A stretch of 63,317 nt of DNA, the filler included, from Octopus bimaculoides (Eukaryota): assembly GCF_001194135.2 (NCBI RefSeq). It is 8 parts of 6 records of this genome, joined end to end, with 100 filler letters (N's around TTAATTAATTAA, not from the genome) between each part and the next. Parts side by side here need not be neighbours in the genome. Positions count along the whole stretch, not along the records: positions 8,983 to 29,256 come from NC_069002.1; 7 more parts are not named here. One strand, given 5' to 3'. Positions 13,401 through 26,129 of this stretch are shown one piece after another (the stretch's first letter is position 1; every line of letters starts with the position of its first letter). Below the pieces are notes generated by a model. That model did no database searches. It saw only the letters and a list, made by a program, of their open reading frames with translations, and was not told the origin of the DNA. Made by a program: the position numbers and the translations under genes.

Positions 13401-14403
13401 TTTTGCTGAACTCATCTACCACACCCTAAGTATATATATATGTATATGTATATATNNNNNNNNNNNNNNNNNNNNNNNNNNNNNNNNNNNNNNNNNNNNN
13501 NNNNNNNNNNNNNNNNNNNNNNNNNNNNNNNNNNNNNNNNNNNNNNNNNNNNNNNNNNNNNNNNNNNNNNNNNNNNNNNNNNNNNNNNNNNNNNNNNNNN
13601 NNNNNNNNNNNNNNNNNNNNNNNNNNNNNNNNNNNNNNNNNNNNNNNNNNNNNNNNNNNNNNNNNNNNNNNNNNNNNNNNNNNNNNNNNNNNNNNNNNNN
13701 NNNNNNNNNNNNNNNNNNNNTATATATATATATATATATATATATGTAACGAACCCAAAACGTAGGCGTGTGGCTTCCAATACTCAGAGAACATATCGCA
13801 ATACATAGCTTCGGCATTATGGGATACCCATTCTGCCGGTGAAAAATAAAGAGACAAGAAATATATACAATAATCGAAGTAATCGAAGCATAGATTATAA
13901 ATGTGTTATACTTCGGTGCACTTTAACGATGAGGTGGGGTTTTAGGGGAGATGGGGTTTCGACACCACCGTGCACTTTATGAAACTTCGTCTGTGTGAAT
14001 ATCTTAGCATAGTAGACATGTGTAGAGTCATGCCTGATCGTATTGGCTAAACCCGTTTGCTGATCAGGGAGGAGCTTAAAGAACAGATTGGTTGGAATAT
14101 ATTCGATCGCAGAAGGAAAAGTGACATTCCGACCACCAGATAGACGCATTTAGCTTGTGACTGGTAACGTACAGTGAAAGTAAAAATTTGGGTCCAAGCT
14201 GCTGTAGCCCTGAAATCACAATACGTGGAGTTAATAAGCAGTGTTGAAGGGCGTGGGAGTCGAAAGAGAGAAAACAGAAGAGTGGTAATGAAAGGGAGAG
14301 AATGACATGTCATGAAATTCTGCTAATCGAAAATGTTAGGTATTATTCGGATTGCGAGAGGGAAACCTTCTAAATAGAGCAAGGTTTAGACTATTACCGC
14401 TTA

Positions 14404-14512
<109 letters not shown>

Positions 14513-14608
14513 TATACATACATACATACAATCATAAATACACAAAAATAATTTATACATACTTATATATGTATGTATATGTTTGTATATGAATGTGTGT
14601 GTATGTTC

Positions 14609-14642
<34 letters not shown>

Positions 14643-14868
14643 TTCCGTGTGTGTGCGCGCACATTACATGTATGCACGTAAACACCAAAAATCATAAATA
14701 AACCAAAATAATGATTATAATTCACTGCTGAGGAACGTAAAAAGAACAATATCAACAACAATCCAATATGGTAGCTTTGCTAGCACGCAAGATGTATATA
14801 AATGCTCCAATGCGGTAAATAATAACAGAGAGAGAGGGGGTAAGAGACAATGACAGAGAGAGAGGGAG

Positions 14869-14968
<100 letters not shown>

Positions 14969-15694
14969 CGACAGTGATGGGGTGAGAGAGACAGAGTCAG
15001 AGACAGAGGGAGAGTGATAGAGAGAGAAAGTGTGAGGGAGAGAAAGAAAGAGAGAGATAATAATAAGCGTTGACCTCAACCACCAACACCTTCGAACTTT
15101 CGAAACTCTGAAGTAGAAATTGTCCGCCATCTCTTATTTGCAAATGTCTACCGCTGGTAAAGCTAGATCAATCTTTAAAATGAAGTCACCGTTCATGATA
15201 TTTATGTCGGTTGAAAGGGATATTATCACGCTATACTGTTTTTAATAACTAAAGGTGATCTGTGTTGGTGGACGAATTTAACATAAAATTGGGTAGGGAG
15301 TGCATAAGTTTAGGATTCAGTTCTCTTTTACTGGTCAGTTTAGACTAAGAAGATTTCACCGTTTTCTTCTTTCATAGATATATGCGTGTATGTAAATCAT
15401 GATATAATTGGACTTTCTGACAAGAGTCAGAAGTCTAAAACAGTCGGGGAGAAGTGTAGTCTCTAAAATCGACTTTCACTGATTGTTTTCTTTTTGTTGA
15501 CCTCGTTGAGATTTGAACGCGAAAACATAAAAAGACGTCTCTAAACAATTGGCAGAAATGCTGAAATTAGTGAACAGTATTAGCTGATACTATTGATCCA
15601 ACTACTTACTCAGATTGTAAAAAGATGGAACAAATAACACAAGTCATTTTGTCGAGTGCTCTAACGATATTGTCACTCTGTTGCACTTCAATGT

Positions 15695-15823
15695 TTTCTA
15701 ATGAAAGCGCAAGGCCAGGAATTGTAAGGGAAAGGTATTAGTCGATGCCATCGACCCAATTACTTGGCTGGTACTTTATTTTATTGACTCTGAAGGGAAG
15801 AAAGGGGAAGTTGACCCAGGCAG
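15695..15823 (-). mobile_element. SINE family A body lacking its tRNA head
   Basis: gcgcaaggccaggaattg...gtcgatgccatcgacccaattacttggctggtactttattttattgactctgaagggaagaaaggggaagttgacccaggcag; similarity stops just before the B-box. Confidence 0.8.
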
Positions 15824-15967
15824 CGTTGTGCAGCTTTGACAGTCAGGTATGGCGGGGGACGGACGACTGAGCGGCGCGCTCGTCGGGCGGGCGCCGAGCT
15901 TCCTACGGCATCGCTGCCCAGCACCCTTTCCTGCAACGGAGCGACAGACGGCGTTTTCGTGTCCTGG
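15824..15967 (-). other. GC/CpG-rich spacer 3' of 5.8S, probable partial ITS2
   Basis: directly follows the 5.8S 3' end on the minus strand; sharply higher GC than the flanks; no 28S 5' motif reached. Confidence 0.65.
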
Positions 15968-16128
15968 CCGTCTCTCGACCGTACGGAGCCCCGGGACGAC
16001 AGCATCCCGGGGCCGCAATGTGTGTTCCAGGTGTCGATGTTCAGTGAGTCCTGCAATTTGCATCAGTTCACGCGGATAGCCGCGCTATTCATCGACGGAC
16101 GAACCGAGTGATCACCCGTCCACGGTTT
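15968..16128 (-). rRNA. 5.8S rRNA: orphan 5.8S rRNA copy (probably a pseudogene), about full length
   Basis: minus strand reads ggtgatcactcggttcgtccgtcgatgaatagcgcggctatccgcgtgaactgatgcaaattgcaggactcactgaacatcgacacctggaacacacattgcggccccgggatgctgtcgtcccggggc, matching the conserved 5.8S blocks GATCACTCGG, CGTCGATGAA, AATTGCAGGAC, GAACATCGACA, CACATTGCGGCCCCGGG; no 18S or 28S nearby. Confidence 0.93.
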
Positions 16129-16199
16129 CGGTACTTATCATTACACTACTGAAACGTTACTACTACGCTACTGAAAGCAGTTTGTTTGACACGCCAACA

Positions 16200-16950
16200 G
16201 TTAAGAACTGAAATTTTATGTGAGGGCAACAGCCAGTTACATGCACCCCGCTATGTGACTGATCTATTATTTCACCGAACCGGATACGATGAAGATTATA
16301 GTTGACCTTTATCGTATTCATTTCTAATATCTCTGAAATAAAGGAGTCAACCAGTAACAAAAACGTCCCCCTATGCCTTGAATCTCTCTCCATAATGACC
16401 ACTAATACGATTGCCAAAAAGTCAGATTCACTGGTAACTTAGTGTCTTATTTCACCGACCAGAAGAATCTTGCACCGGAGAAATTTGGTGAAAGTAATGT
16501 TGTCGCTCTCAATGTCTAGAAGATAGTCGACTGTGTCTGGCATGCGAATATCCTGTGTAAATTATCCAACCATGTGCCCTTATCTGTCTTTTACCTCTTG
16601 GATACTTAAATTTTATCAGTTCGCACTATCATGTTGTGAATTGACTGAGCTCTTATTTTCCCTCATTCTTTCAATTCTAGGTAGTCCCAGAGTTCGGTTT
16701 ATTCCTACACTCACTTCCTTCTATGCATCAAAAACTTACTTGCCGTCATGTATAACAACGTCCACTCATACACAGATGACATTATCCTCCACCCGAACAT
16801 TCTCCAGCCAGTAATTAGCCACTCGTAACATAGAGACTACAAAAGCAAGAAACTAACAAATACGACTTATAACAAGAAAACACTAACGCATTACACACCC
16901 TTTAATTAGAACCCTGAAAATTGCCCCAGTTGTTGGACTACACAATCACT
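16200..16950 (+). mobile_element. CR1/Jockey-group LINE reverse-transcriptase remnant
   Basis: frameshifted translation FGESNVVALNV*KIVDCVWHANILCKL ... SQSSVYSYTHFLLCIKNLL...VHSYTDDIILH, i.e. decayed LDISKAFDRVWH, PQGSVL and YADD motifs. Confidence 0.8.
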
Positions 16951-17337
16951 GAGAATCTCTCCAGGCACATATACGAGTAGCCAGGGCCGCACCCCGGTTT
17001 TTATCCTTCTCTTCACGGACAGAAGTTACTTTAGTCCCCAAGAATTGTTAACACTACAGAGGCTTTTCTTGTTGAAATTTACTTGCTGTAGATTAGCGTT
17101 CTCCTCGGGCCGTTATTTCTTTTGCAACCCTTTCGTTGATGGGAAAGATAGGGACCTATTCCATACTTATGTAAAATAAGATGACAGCCAATAAATTTTC
17201 CCGCTCCGAACCATTGGGAAACAATTACAATCGATTTGAAAACAAAACGACTGAATTTTATCTCAGTGTCTGTAACTTTTGACACTACATGTAGCCCAAA
17301 ATTAACAAATATTACAAACACACAGAGGCGACGGTCT

Positions 17338-17490
17338 AATTTCAGTTTCCGCCTAACAAATTCACTCACAAGGCTTTTTGTCGGCCCTTGAGTATCACGG
17401 AAGATACATGCCGAAAATAGACGCAATGGGATTGAACTCGTAAATATGTGGTTGGGAAGTAAACTTTCTACCACACAGCCACGCCTGGTA
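17338..17490 (-). mobile_element. SINE family B, 5' half
   Basis: tttcagtttccgcctaacaaattcactcacaaggc...tgtggttgggaagtaaactttctaccacacagccac. Confidence 0.8.
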
Positions 17491-18029
17491 TACAAACAGC
17501 CAATACTACTTAGAATAGATTATGGCGCCTAAGAAGCTTATGTTTAACCTAACACTATTTATTTGTTATGTACTTTCATTTCGTGTGATTTGCTGCTGTC
17601 ATTAACTCTGATATTCACCAACTAATATTAAAAAAAGTGTTGATAATAACAGCATCAATGATATTTTCCCAGCCTACTACAGTCACAGTCGTGACTATAA
17701 TCTTATTGGATTTATTACAAAAATGTATTAATATAGAATATTATAGACTATAGACTATCTTGTTAAAAATAATCGCAAAATTTTTGCGCTAATGTGCTAA
17801 GCTTTAAGAAATAACTTTATGAAATAACATGATCTGTTTAATGAGATTTCCCCTAGACATAGTTTTGTAGTGTGTCTATGGTAGGTGATATAGATAGCTA
17901 AATCTACCCCCCACCCAGTGTATTAGTGAGAAGATAAATGAAGAGCTTGAAGAAAAGCTATCTTGTGATTGTTACTTCGATAGTTAACGCTGAATTATCT
18001 CAGTACAGTTAGCTGTGTCAGAACTGCAG

Positions 18030-18200
18030 CCCTTTATGAGCGTGGTTTCAAGTTCGGTACCACTGTGGCACCATAGGCAAGTGTTTTGTCTTATAGCTCC
18101 GGGCCAACCAATGCCTTCAAAGGCTTGACAACCGGTGTTGGTTTGTTTTACGACATCCCGTAACTTAGAGATTCAGCTATAGAAACCGAGAAAATAAGAA
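18030..18200 (+). mobile_element. SINE family B, decayed
   Basis: ggtttcaagttcggtaccactgtggcaccataggcaagtgtt...gggccaacc...ttgacaaccggtgttggtttg. Confidence 0.7.
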
Positions 18201-18729
18201 CCAGATGTTATTCCATTCTATCCAGTTGTTGTGCAATACTTCATCCCTCCATACTGCTTCCGCTTCTACCATGTTCCGTTGGATCGACGACAGATGTGAG
18301 AGCGAATGTGTCTATGTCTGCTTGGGACTCCATCGACATCTAAAACAATTAACCCAAGCATGATACTTCCAACCAAGTCATATTCGCTTGGGAGTGACGG
18401 CTAAGCTTTATGTAGGTGATATGGCCCTCAACCGGAACAAGGTACATTAGGACAAGGTTACATCTATGGGTCGCTCCCAGTTATGGGACCGATTATTTAA
18501 AATCAAGGCTAAACGAGTGCAAGATATTCATATCGTTTAGCTTTTACTTGTTTCTGCCATTAGATTACGGCCATGCTACAGCACCGCCTTAAAATGTTTA
18601 GTCCATTTGTTCAACTAAAACACTCCAAGGCGCTGCCGTAGCATGGCTGTAATCGAATGACTGCAACAAACAAAGAATAAAAGATGAAAAAAAAAACAAT
18701 TATACATAGATTGATTGAATGTATATTGA

Positions 18730-19185
18730 TTTCAAATTTTGGCACAAGGACAGTAATTTCGGGGGAGAGGGTAAGTCGATTACATTGATCCCCCAGTACT
18801 CAAATGGTACTTATACTTTATTGACCCCACCCCCCCAAAAAAGAATGAAAGGCAAAAATCGACCTCGGTAGAATTTGAACTCAGAACGTGAACTGACAAA
18901 ATGCCGCTAAGCAGCTCGCCGCCTTTTATCATATATTTATTAATCACTCATTATAGATATATTCTTTTCTACTGTAAGCACAAGGCCCGAAATTTTGAGG
19001 AAGGGGGGGGGCACTCGATTAGATTGTCCCCCCACTACACAACTGGTACTTATTTTATCGACCCCGAAAGGATGAAAGGCAAAGTTGACCTCAGCAGAAT
19101 TTGAACTCAGAACGTAAAGACAGACGAAATACCGCTAAGCATTTCGGCCGGCGTGCTAACATTTCTGCCAGTTCGCCGCCTTACA
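18730..19185 (-). mobile_element. two adjacent SINE family A copies (18730-18925 and 18965-19185)
   Basis: both carry ggcacaagg...ctggtacttattttatcgaccccgaaaggatgaaaggcaaag...aatttgaactcagaacg...gctcgccgcctt. Confidence 0.92.
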
Positions 19186-19509
19186 TAACAGATATATCAA
19201 TTATTTACTGCTGTAACTTGGAAGAAAGGAACCATTGCAAGAAGTTTGGTAATGGTACTTAATTCTCAACTGACACACCTTAGAATTTATAACTTTATGT
19301 AGTTACAACATAGCACTATAAACGAATGTACCATGATATGGATGCGAATTCCGTTACTTACAATATTGGATTCCCGTTGGTTTACCGATCCCCAGTCGAT
19401 GAGAAACGTTTTGATTGGAAATAAAGACAAACAAGACAACGATGAAATTGTTTCAATTTCTTACAATTCAATTTCGCATTTGAAAGATGTGCGTTGATAG
19501 GTTTAAAGG

Positions 19510-19640
19510 GATGGCTGTGATTTAAAGAAACTCGCTTTGCAACCTGTCGGTCTCGGGTTCAGCCCCACTGCACCGCCCTTTGGCTAAGAGTCTTCTGCTG
19601 TAGACCCAAATCGACCAATACCGTATAGAAATCTGTGGTG
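19510..19640 (-). mobile_element. SINE family B, 5' half
   Basis: reverse complement gcgagtttctttaaatcacagcc head and cccttggctaagagtcttctgctgtag body. Confidence 0.7.
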
Positions 19641-19686
19641 TGTGTGTGTGTGGGGGGGTGTATGATGTGCATATGTGTGTATGTGT

Positions 19687-19724
<38 letters not shown>

Positions 19725-19728
<4 letters not shown>

Positions 19729-19920
19729 CAAAAAAACAATAACAAACAAACAAAAAAACAACAAAGTGAGGACGTGATATGGATAGTATTATTGGACGCT
19801 CAGGAAAGGAAAGAGAGAGTGTATGACGTTTCGGGTGTAGCCCTTCGTCGGAAAGATGGAAAGTTCGGAGAATGGAAGAACGGAGAAAGAGGAAAATGGT
19901 ACCGATGCCCACGAGGTTAT
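19725..19920 (-). mobile_element. short Penelope-pLTR-like element with a hammerhead-like core
   Basis: minus strand CCGACGA-A-GGG ctaca CCC-GAAAC-GTC at 19851-19825; 3' part aligns with 9268-9375. Confidence 0.65.
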
Positions 19921-20019
19921 NNNNNNNNNNNNNNNNNNNNNNNNNNNNNNNNNNNNNNNNNNNNNNNNNNNNNNNNNNNNNNNNNNNNNNNNNNNNNNNN
20001 NNNNNNNNNNNNNNNNNNN

Positions 20020-20079
<60 letters not shown>

Positions 20080-20114
20080 ATGTGCGTGTATCTGTGTATG
20101 TATGTGTGTATTTG

Positions 20115-20460
20115 TGACCGCCGCCCCTTGACTACTGGTGTCGGTTTGTTTACGTCTCCACTAGTTAAAAGAACTGGAAAAGAGACCGATAGAATAAAAG
20201 TTTTAACTGAATACCATAATTCCCTTTTCATTAAGAACTCTTTCTACTCAAGACACAAGGGTTGAAAATTTGCGGAGAACGGGAGAGTTGATTACATCCA
20301 TCCCAGAACTCAACTTGTACCTATTTCATCGACCCTGAAATGATGAAAGGAAAAGTGGGTTTTTGAACTGAGTAGGATTTGAACTTCGAATATAGTGACG
20401 GGCGAAATATCGCTAAGCATTTTGTCGAGTGTGCTAACGATTCTGCCAGCTCACCGCCTT
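20115..20460. mobile_element. SINE family B 3' half (+, 20115-20220) followed by SINE family A (-, 20245-20460)
   Basis: ttgactactggtgtcggtttgtttacgtctcc...gagaccgatagaataa; then cacaagggttg...atcgaccctgaaatgatgaaagg...gccagctcaccgcctt. Confidence 0.8.
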
Positions 20461-20858
20461 ATTTTGTCACTAATAATGATTTTTGACGTAGATAGAAGAA
20501 CAGACATTTTGTGAAGACTAATGATCGATTTTATCGATCCGACTTTTTACTTGAAAATTATTTTATTCACCTGAGTAGGGGATAATGTAAAGTAGAAATG
20601 GCAGCGTAATTAAATATCACTAAATATTTTGTTCGATGCTCCTCTGATCATGCAAATCGATCCAGTACTTATGTTTTTATGTCTGGTATTTATCCAATCG
20701 AATTCTTTTGCCGAACTGCTAAGTTACAACGATGTAAACAAACTAACATCTATTGTCTAGCGGTGTTGTGAACAAACCCAAACCCAAAGACATAAATAGA
20801 CACATACAAGGACACACATACATGCATAGATACATACATACACACACTCGCACACACG

Positions 20859-20898
<40 letters not shown>

Positions 20899-21089
20899 CA
20901 TGTATGTATATATGTATATATAAGATCCCACGATCGAGGTATAGGAAGACCTTTCAGGAACAATAGTGGTTTATTGAGACGGAAGGTTGTGGATTTTTTT
21001 CTTATCGAAGTACGTTGAACCGAAAAAAGTTCATTTTATATATATTTCACGGTAGGCGTCCAGGGTTGCCGGGTATGCGAATAAGTATA

Positions 21090-21437
21090 CAAGAGTTAAG
21101 GAATGGAGTAGATAAGATCCGACCTAGGTATGTTTCACAGCGAGCGGAACCTCCGAAGTGGTAAATATCCAAGTGAGATGTATAGCGCTGGATACTCGTC
21201 TCACCAAGGGTAACTTGATTAAATGAAAGTTTACATTATGTTCTGATCGATACTTCCATGCGTTAACAAGTACCTCCTGGCGACAGTGTAAACTTTCATT
21301 TAATCAAGATACTCTTGGCCTAACGAATAGCCTGCGGTATACATCACGTTTGGATATTTACCACTTCCGAGGTTCCGCTCGCTATGAAACATATGTAGCC
21401 CGAATCGGATCTTATTTTCTCCATTCCTTAACACTTG
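21090..21437. mobile_element. fold-back MITE with ~150-bp TIRs and TA target site
   Basis: caagagttaaggaatggag...cttgattaaatgaaagtttaca is mirrored by tgtaaactttcatttaatcaag...ctccattccttaacacttg; TA on both sides. Confidence 0.88.
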
Positions 21438-21445
21438 TATATACA

Positions 21446-21479
<34 letters not shown>

Positions 21480-21482
<3 letters not shown>

Positions 21483-21630
21483 TACCTTCTTACAGTTTCC
21501 ATCTACCAGATCAGCTTACAAGGCTGAGGTCCGCGGACAGTGTATATAGTAGAAAACATTTGACCAATGCCCGAAGCAATGGGATTGAAACCGGAGCTAT
21601 GCAGCTACCACACAGCCATGGTTGCACCTA
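21480..21630 (-). mobile_element. SINE family B, 5' half
   Basis: cagtttccatctaccagatcagcttacaaggc...gggattgaaaccgga...accacacagcc. Confidence 0.75.
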
Positions 21631-22282
21631 ATAGAGATTTTTAACATACGTATAAGACCAGCCATTTTGTGAGAGCTTCGGATCAATTCTATCGATCCCA
21701 GTTCATGTTTGAAAATAATCTTATTCACCTGAGTAGGACACGACGTAAATTCGAAACGGCAGCGTAATTAAAATATCACAAAACATTTTGTTCGCTGCTC
21801 TTCCGATTATGCATCCATCATCATCTTTCCACAAATAATCACATCGTCAGATTTAATTCTTTATATTCGTTCCATGAACGATGAAATGAAAAGGAAATAT
21901 TTGATGGTTGTCCGTCCAATCCTCAGCAAGTACGATTAATAAAATCATCGACGTACCCCTTGATTCCCAATTAAACTATCTTGGAAAGAAATTAAAATGC
22001 AAGAACACTGTCGAGGGGATCTATATATGGACGATATAATTAAACAGTTGAGACTGCATTAAATCATAACAGATATTTCAGCAAATGACATTCATTTGAA
22101 ATATAATACTGACAACGACTCACAGATAAAAGTGTTTATCTCACCAAAATATCTGAAATGAATGTCACTTCGTGGAACTATTTAACAAAGTTAAAATGTT
22201 GCAGCTGATCTGCAGCTGATAGCTTCAAAACTCATAAAATTCATACACACACACACTTACACGCAACCAAACACAAGCATAA

Positions 22283-22342
<60 letters not shown>

Positions 22343-22344
22343 TG

Positions 22345-22710
22345 ACTGAGTGGTAAGGAACTTGTTTTCCAGCCTCATGGTTTCGGTTTCCGTTTCACTG
22401 TATGGCCCCTTGGGCAAGTGTCTTCTACTGTACCCACGGGCCGACCAAAACCTTCTGAGTGGATTTAGTAGACGGAAACTGAAAGAAGCCCGTCGTAAAT
22501 GTGTGTGTGTGTGCACGCACGCGCATGTCTTTATGTGTGTCTATGCCTCTGTGTCTTTACAGCATCACTTGACAATCGGTGTTGGTTTGTTTCCGTCTCC
22601 GTAACCTAGCGGTTTGCTAAGTTACAGAAATCGCTAGAATAAATTCCAGAGTTATAATACAACTACTTGGGCCGCTGTCCAATGACTGAATCGAGTAAAA
22701 GACGAAAGAC
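22345..22710 (+). mobile_element. SINE family B, near full length
   Basis: gagtggtaaggaacttg...cccttgggcaagtgtcttctactg...gacggaaactgaaagaagcccgtcg, (TG)n, then cttgacaatcggtgttgg...aatgactgaatcgagtaaaag. Confidence 0.88.
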
Positions 22711-24182
22711 ACACACACACACACACACACATACACACACACACACGCACACACTGTTGCTCCCCGATCGTTTCTCCACCTCTTATCACCCATATTGAGT
22801 TCTCCATCTGCTAAGTTCCAAACCAAATATTTCACTCAATTCTTCCTTTCCAGACAGTCTTCTTTCTGGAATTTCCTCCCTTATTTTGTTTGTAGCTTTA
22901 TACTTTCCTTAATCTTTAGAGAGAAATTTGATACTAACGGATTAACGGCGTCCCTTCAGCCGTTAATCCGTTGGTAAATACCTGACAGCATTATTCAAAC
23001 GAAATCTTAAAGAGATGCCGACACACCACCCCATGAACTGCCGCTCAGTATTGATTGCGGCACTTCAAACGGCATTGGTCGTGCTGAAAAAGGTAATACC
23101 GTTAACCTCAGTATTATTTCTGTGTGGATCTCTGAAACGTCACGATAGAGATCACTCTCTGAAGAGAAAATCAAGTTTTATCTCATCTACGAATCATTTC
23201 AAGGAAAATGCATAGGGACATCTACACACTTCATACTTCGCCCTAGCCTTCTTTAATTAGCTTCTTCTCCCTCTCGTTACGTTTCTCCTTTGTCTTTTCC
23301 CATTGAGAAGAATGACGAAAGTCCGAAACGCCAAGCAAATTCATTCTACTTCATCCAAGGGATAAACCCATACCTTATACATCTATAATGCAGTAAAAGT
23401 CAGTTTCAATCTTGCTTGCTTGCAATGTTACCCAGGCAAACTGGCGCATAATGGGAAAATACTATGAGTTAATATTTCGTTTTTGGATTTGATTTGCAAC
23501 AAAAAGCAAATGAGTCTCCCCAGACACAACTATGAATTAAGTTTACCCTGAAATGTTAATAGAAACGGAATGAAACAAGTTTCGCGTAAATTGGAGCAGT
23601 AGTTATTGAGATACTCGGGGTTTGGGGTATAAATATCCAAAACGGTGTATAATGTGAAAATGTTCCGAATTTAACTTCATCCTGAAAAGGCAGAAACTCT
23701 AACCTTTAGATTAGACTGATTTGACAACAAAAACATACAATTTGTTTTTTGCTTTTTTTTACAGGAAATGTATATATATATACAACCTTAGACAGAGTAA
23801 TAGTCATATATACGACTTGAACAGAGACACATATCAGTACATAGACATACGTTTACATATACATACACATATATACACACGCAGATACGTCTGCACACAC
23901 ACATACATAAATGCTCATATATATATACATACGTACATACATACAAAAATAAATACATGCATACATAATACATACATACATACATGCGTATATGCGTATA
24001 TTCATGCATACGCATGTACACATCTGCATACGTACATGCATACATGCACACATACACACACACATTCATACATACCTACATGCATACCTACATACATACA
24101 TATCATGAACTTTGTAACCTCTTTGTGAAATAGTTTTTTTCCCTAGGATTTTTTCGAGCGCATTCAACGTTATCTCACCTCC

Positions 24183-24301
24183 AAAGATTTGGCTACTATT
24201 TCTAGCACGCCCTGCTACAATGTAACAGCTATTTGCGATAAAGGATCCGACATACATGTTACGTGGTAGCAGGGCGTGCAAGAAATAGCAGCCAAATCTT
24301 T
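24183..24301. repeat. inverted repeat, ~45-bp arms
   Basis: aaagatttggctactatttctagcacgccctgctac / gtagcagggcgtgcaagaaatagcagccaaatcttt. Confidence 0.85.
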
Positions 24302-25752
24302 TCTTCTAGGGGAAAGGAGCCGTTTACACGTGATCTCGGTGTCACATTCGTTGAAAGCATGCGAAATAACACGGAAAAGAAAAAAAACCACGAAACAAAC
24401 CTCCGTTGCTGGGAAACTGAGTTTTCTGGTGACCCAACGGGTCTCGGGTAGTCTAGTTATAAATACCACTTTGATACATACACATGCACGTGCACACACA
24501 CACACACACACACAGACATACACATATGTATATGTACACACACATCTATATACATACACGTATTTGTGTATAAAATATGTATTACTGTATATGTGTGTAT
24601 AACGATGTTCGTACATGCGTTCCTACACGAATCAACACATGTCTATATATTTAAGTGCAAGTAACAATAAGCTCTAGTTCTGCAATCTGTGTTATACGTT
24701 TTCATCATATTTTTAGATTAGTTTTTTTGAAAAAATCATTACAATTTGAAATCTATATAGAATCGTTTTATCTCTTTATATCTTTATTTATAGAACACAA
24801 TCCACATTTAGTAGGTGTCTGTAACATTAATACACACACATACACACATATACACCACTGTCACACTGCACACCTATAAACCCACCTACATAACCAGACT
24901 AATGCAAGCCTTCCGGTAATTATCTGATTGTTTAAGAGTGCAGCTAATGAATTATTTCGCAAGTTGACTCGAGGAAAGGTTAAAAGGAATTTTCATCGAA
25001 TTTCAATGCACCACGTGATCGAAAACGCATCCAGAAGCGCATGTATTAATTCATACTTATACATGTGTGCATGTGAATAATATACACACACATATATGTA
25101 TATATATATATCTGTGTGTGTGTGTGTGTTATGTATATATATATACTATATAGACGTATATATATTTCTTTGTGTGTTTGTCTTTCTCTCTCTCTATATA
25201 TATATATCTGTAAAAGCACGTGACACTTATTCGGTAGCCATGATATATATATATATATCAACATATATATATATATCAATATATATATATATGTATNNNN
25301 NNNNNNNNNNNNNNNNNNNNNNNNNNNNNNNNNNNNNNNNNNNNNNNNNNNNNNNNNNNNNNNNNNNNNNNNNNNNNNNNNNNNNNNNNNNNNNNNNNNN
25401 NNNNNNNNNNNNNNNNNNNNNNNNNNNNNNNNNNNNNNNNNNNNNNNNNNNNNNNNNNNNNNNNNNNNNNNNNNNNNNNNNNNNNNNNNNNNNNNNNNNN
25501 NNNNNNNNNNNNNNNNNNNNNNNNNNNNNNNNNNNNNNNNNNNNNNNNNNNNNNNNNNNNNNNNNNNNNNNNNNNNNNNNNNNNNNNNNNNNNNNNNNNN
25601 NNNNNNNNNNNNNNNNNNNNNNNNNNNNNNNNNNNNNNNNNNNNNNNNNNNNNNNNNNNNNNNNNNNNNNNNNNNNNNNNNNNNNNNNNNNNNNNNNNNN
25701 NNNNNNNNNNNNNTGAACCTAAATTCGATAAAAGTCACTTTGTCATGCACTA

Positions 25753-25974
25753 CAATAATCCCTAGCCATATCGCGGTTCATCCATCGCGGTTTATTATTT
25801 AAGCATCCGTTGATTCCTCCGTGATGCTGTTTTGCATTTATAATAAAATAAATATATACAAATCATAAAAATAATTTAAAAAATATACAGTACAGTACTG
25901 TTTCTACTTCGCGGATTTTCACCTATCACGGGGTGCTTTGAAACGTAACACCCGCGATAGTCGAGGGATTACTG
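25753..25974. mobile_element. Tigger/pogo-like MITE
   Basis: TIRs caataatccctagccatatcgcgg / ccgcgatagtcgagggattactg with TA on both sides. Confidence 0.8.
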
Positions 25975-26129
25975 TATATTTATCAGTTTATCTCTCTCTT
26001 TCTCTTGATCTCCTTTCCTCCTCCTCCCCTCTCTCTCTTTCTCATCACCTTTCTTCACCCAAGGGCCAACCCGCGGGTAATCTACTGTCAACGGTATTTC
26101 TTCTGATTTTTTCATCTTCTTAGTTCAAA

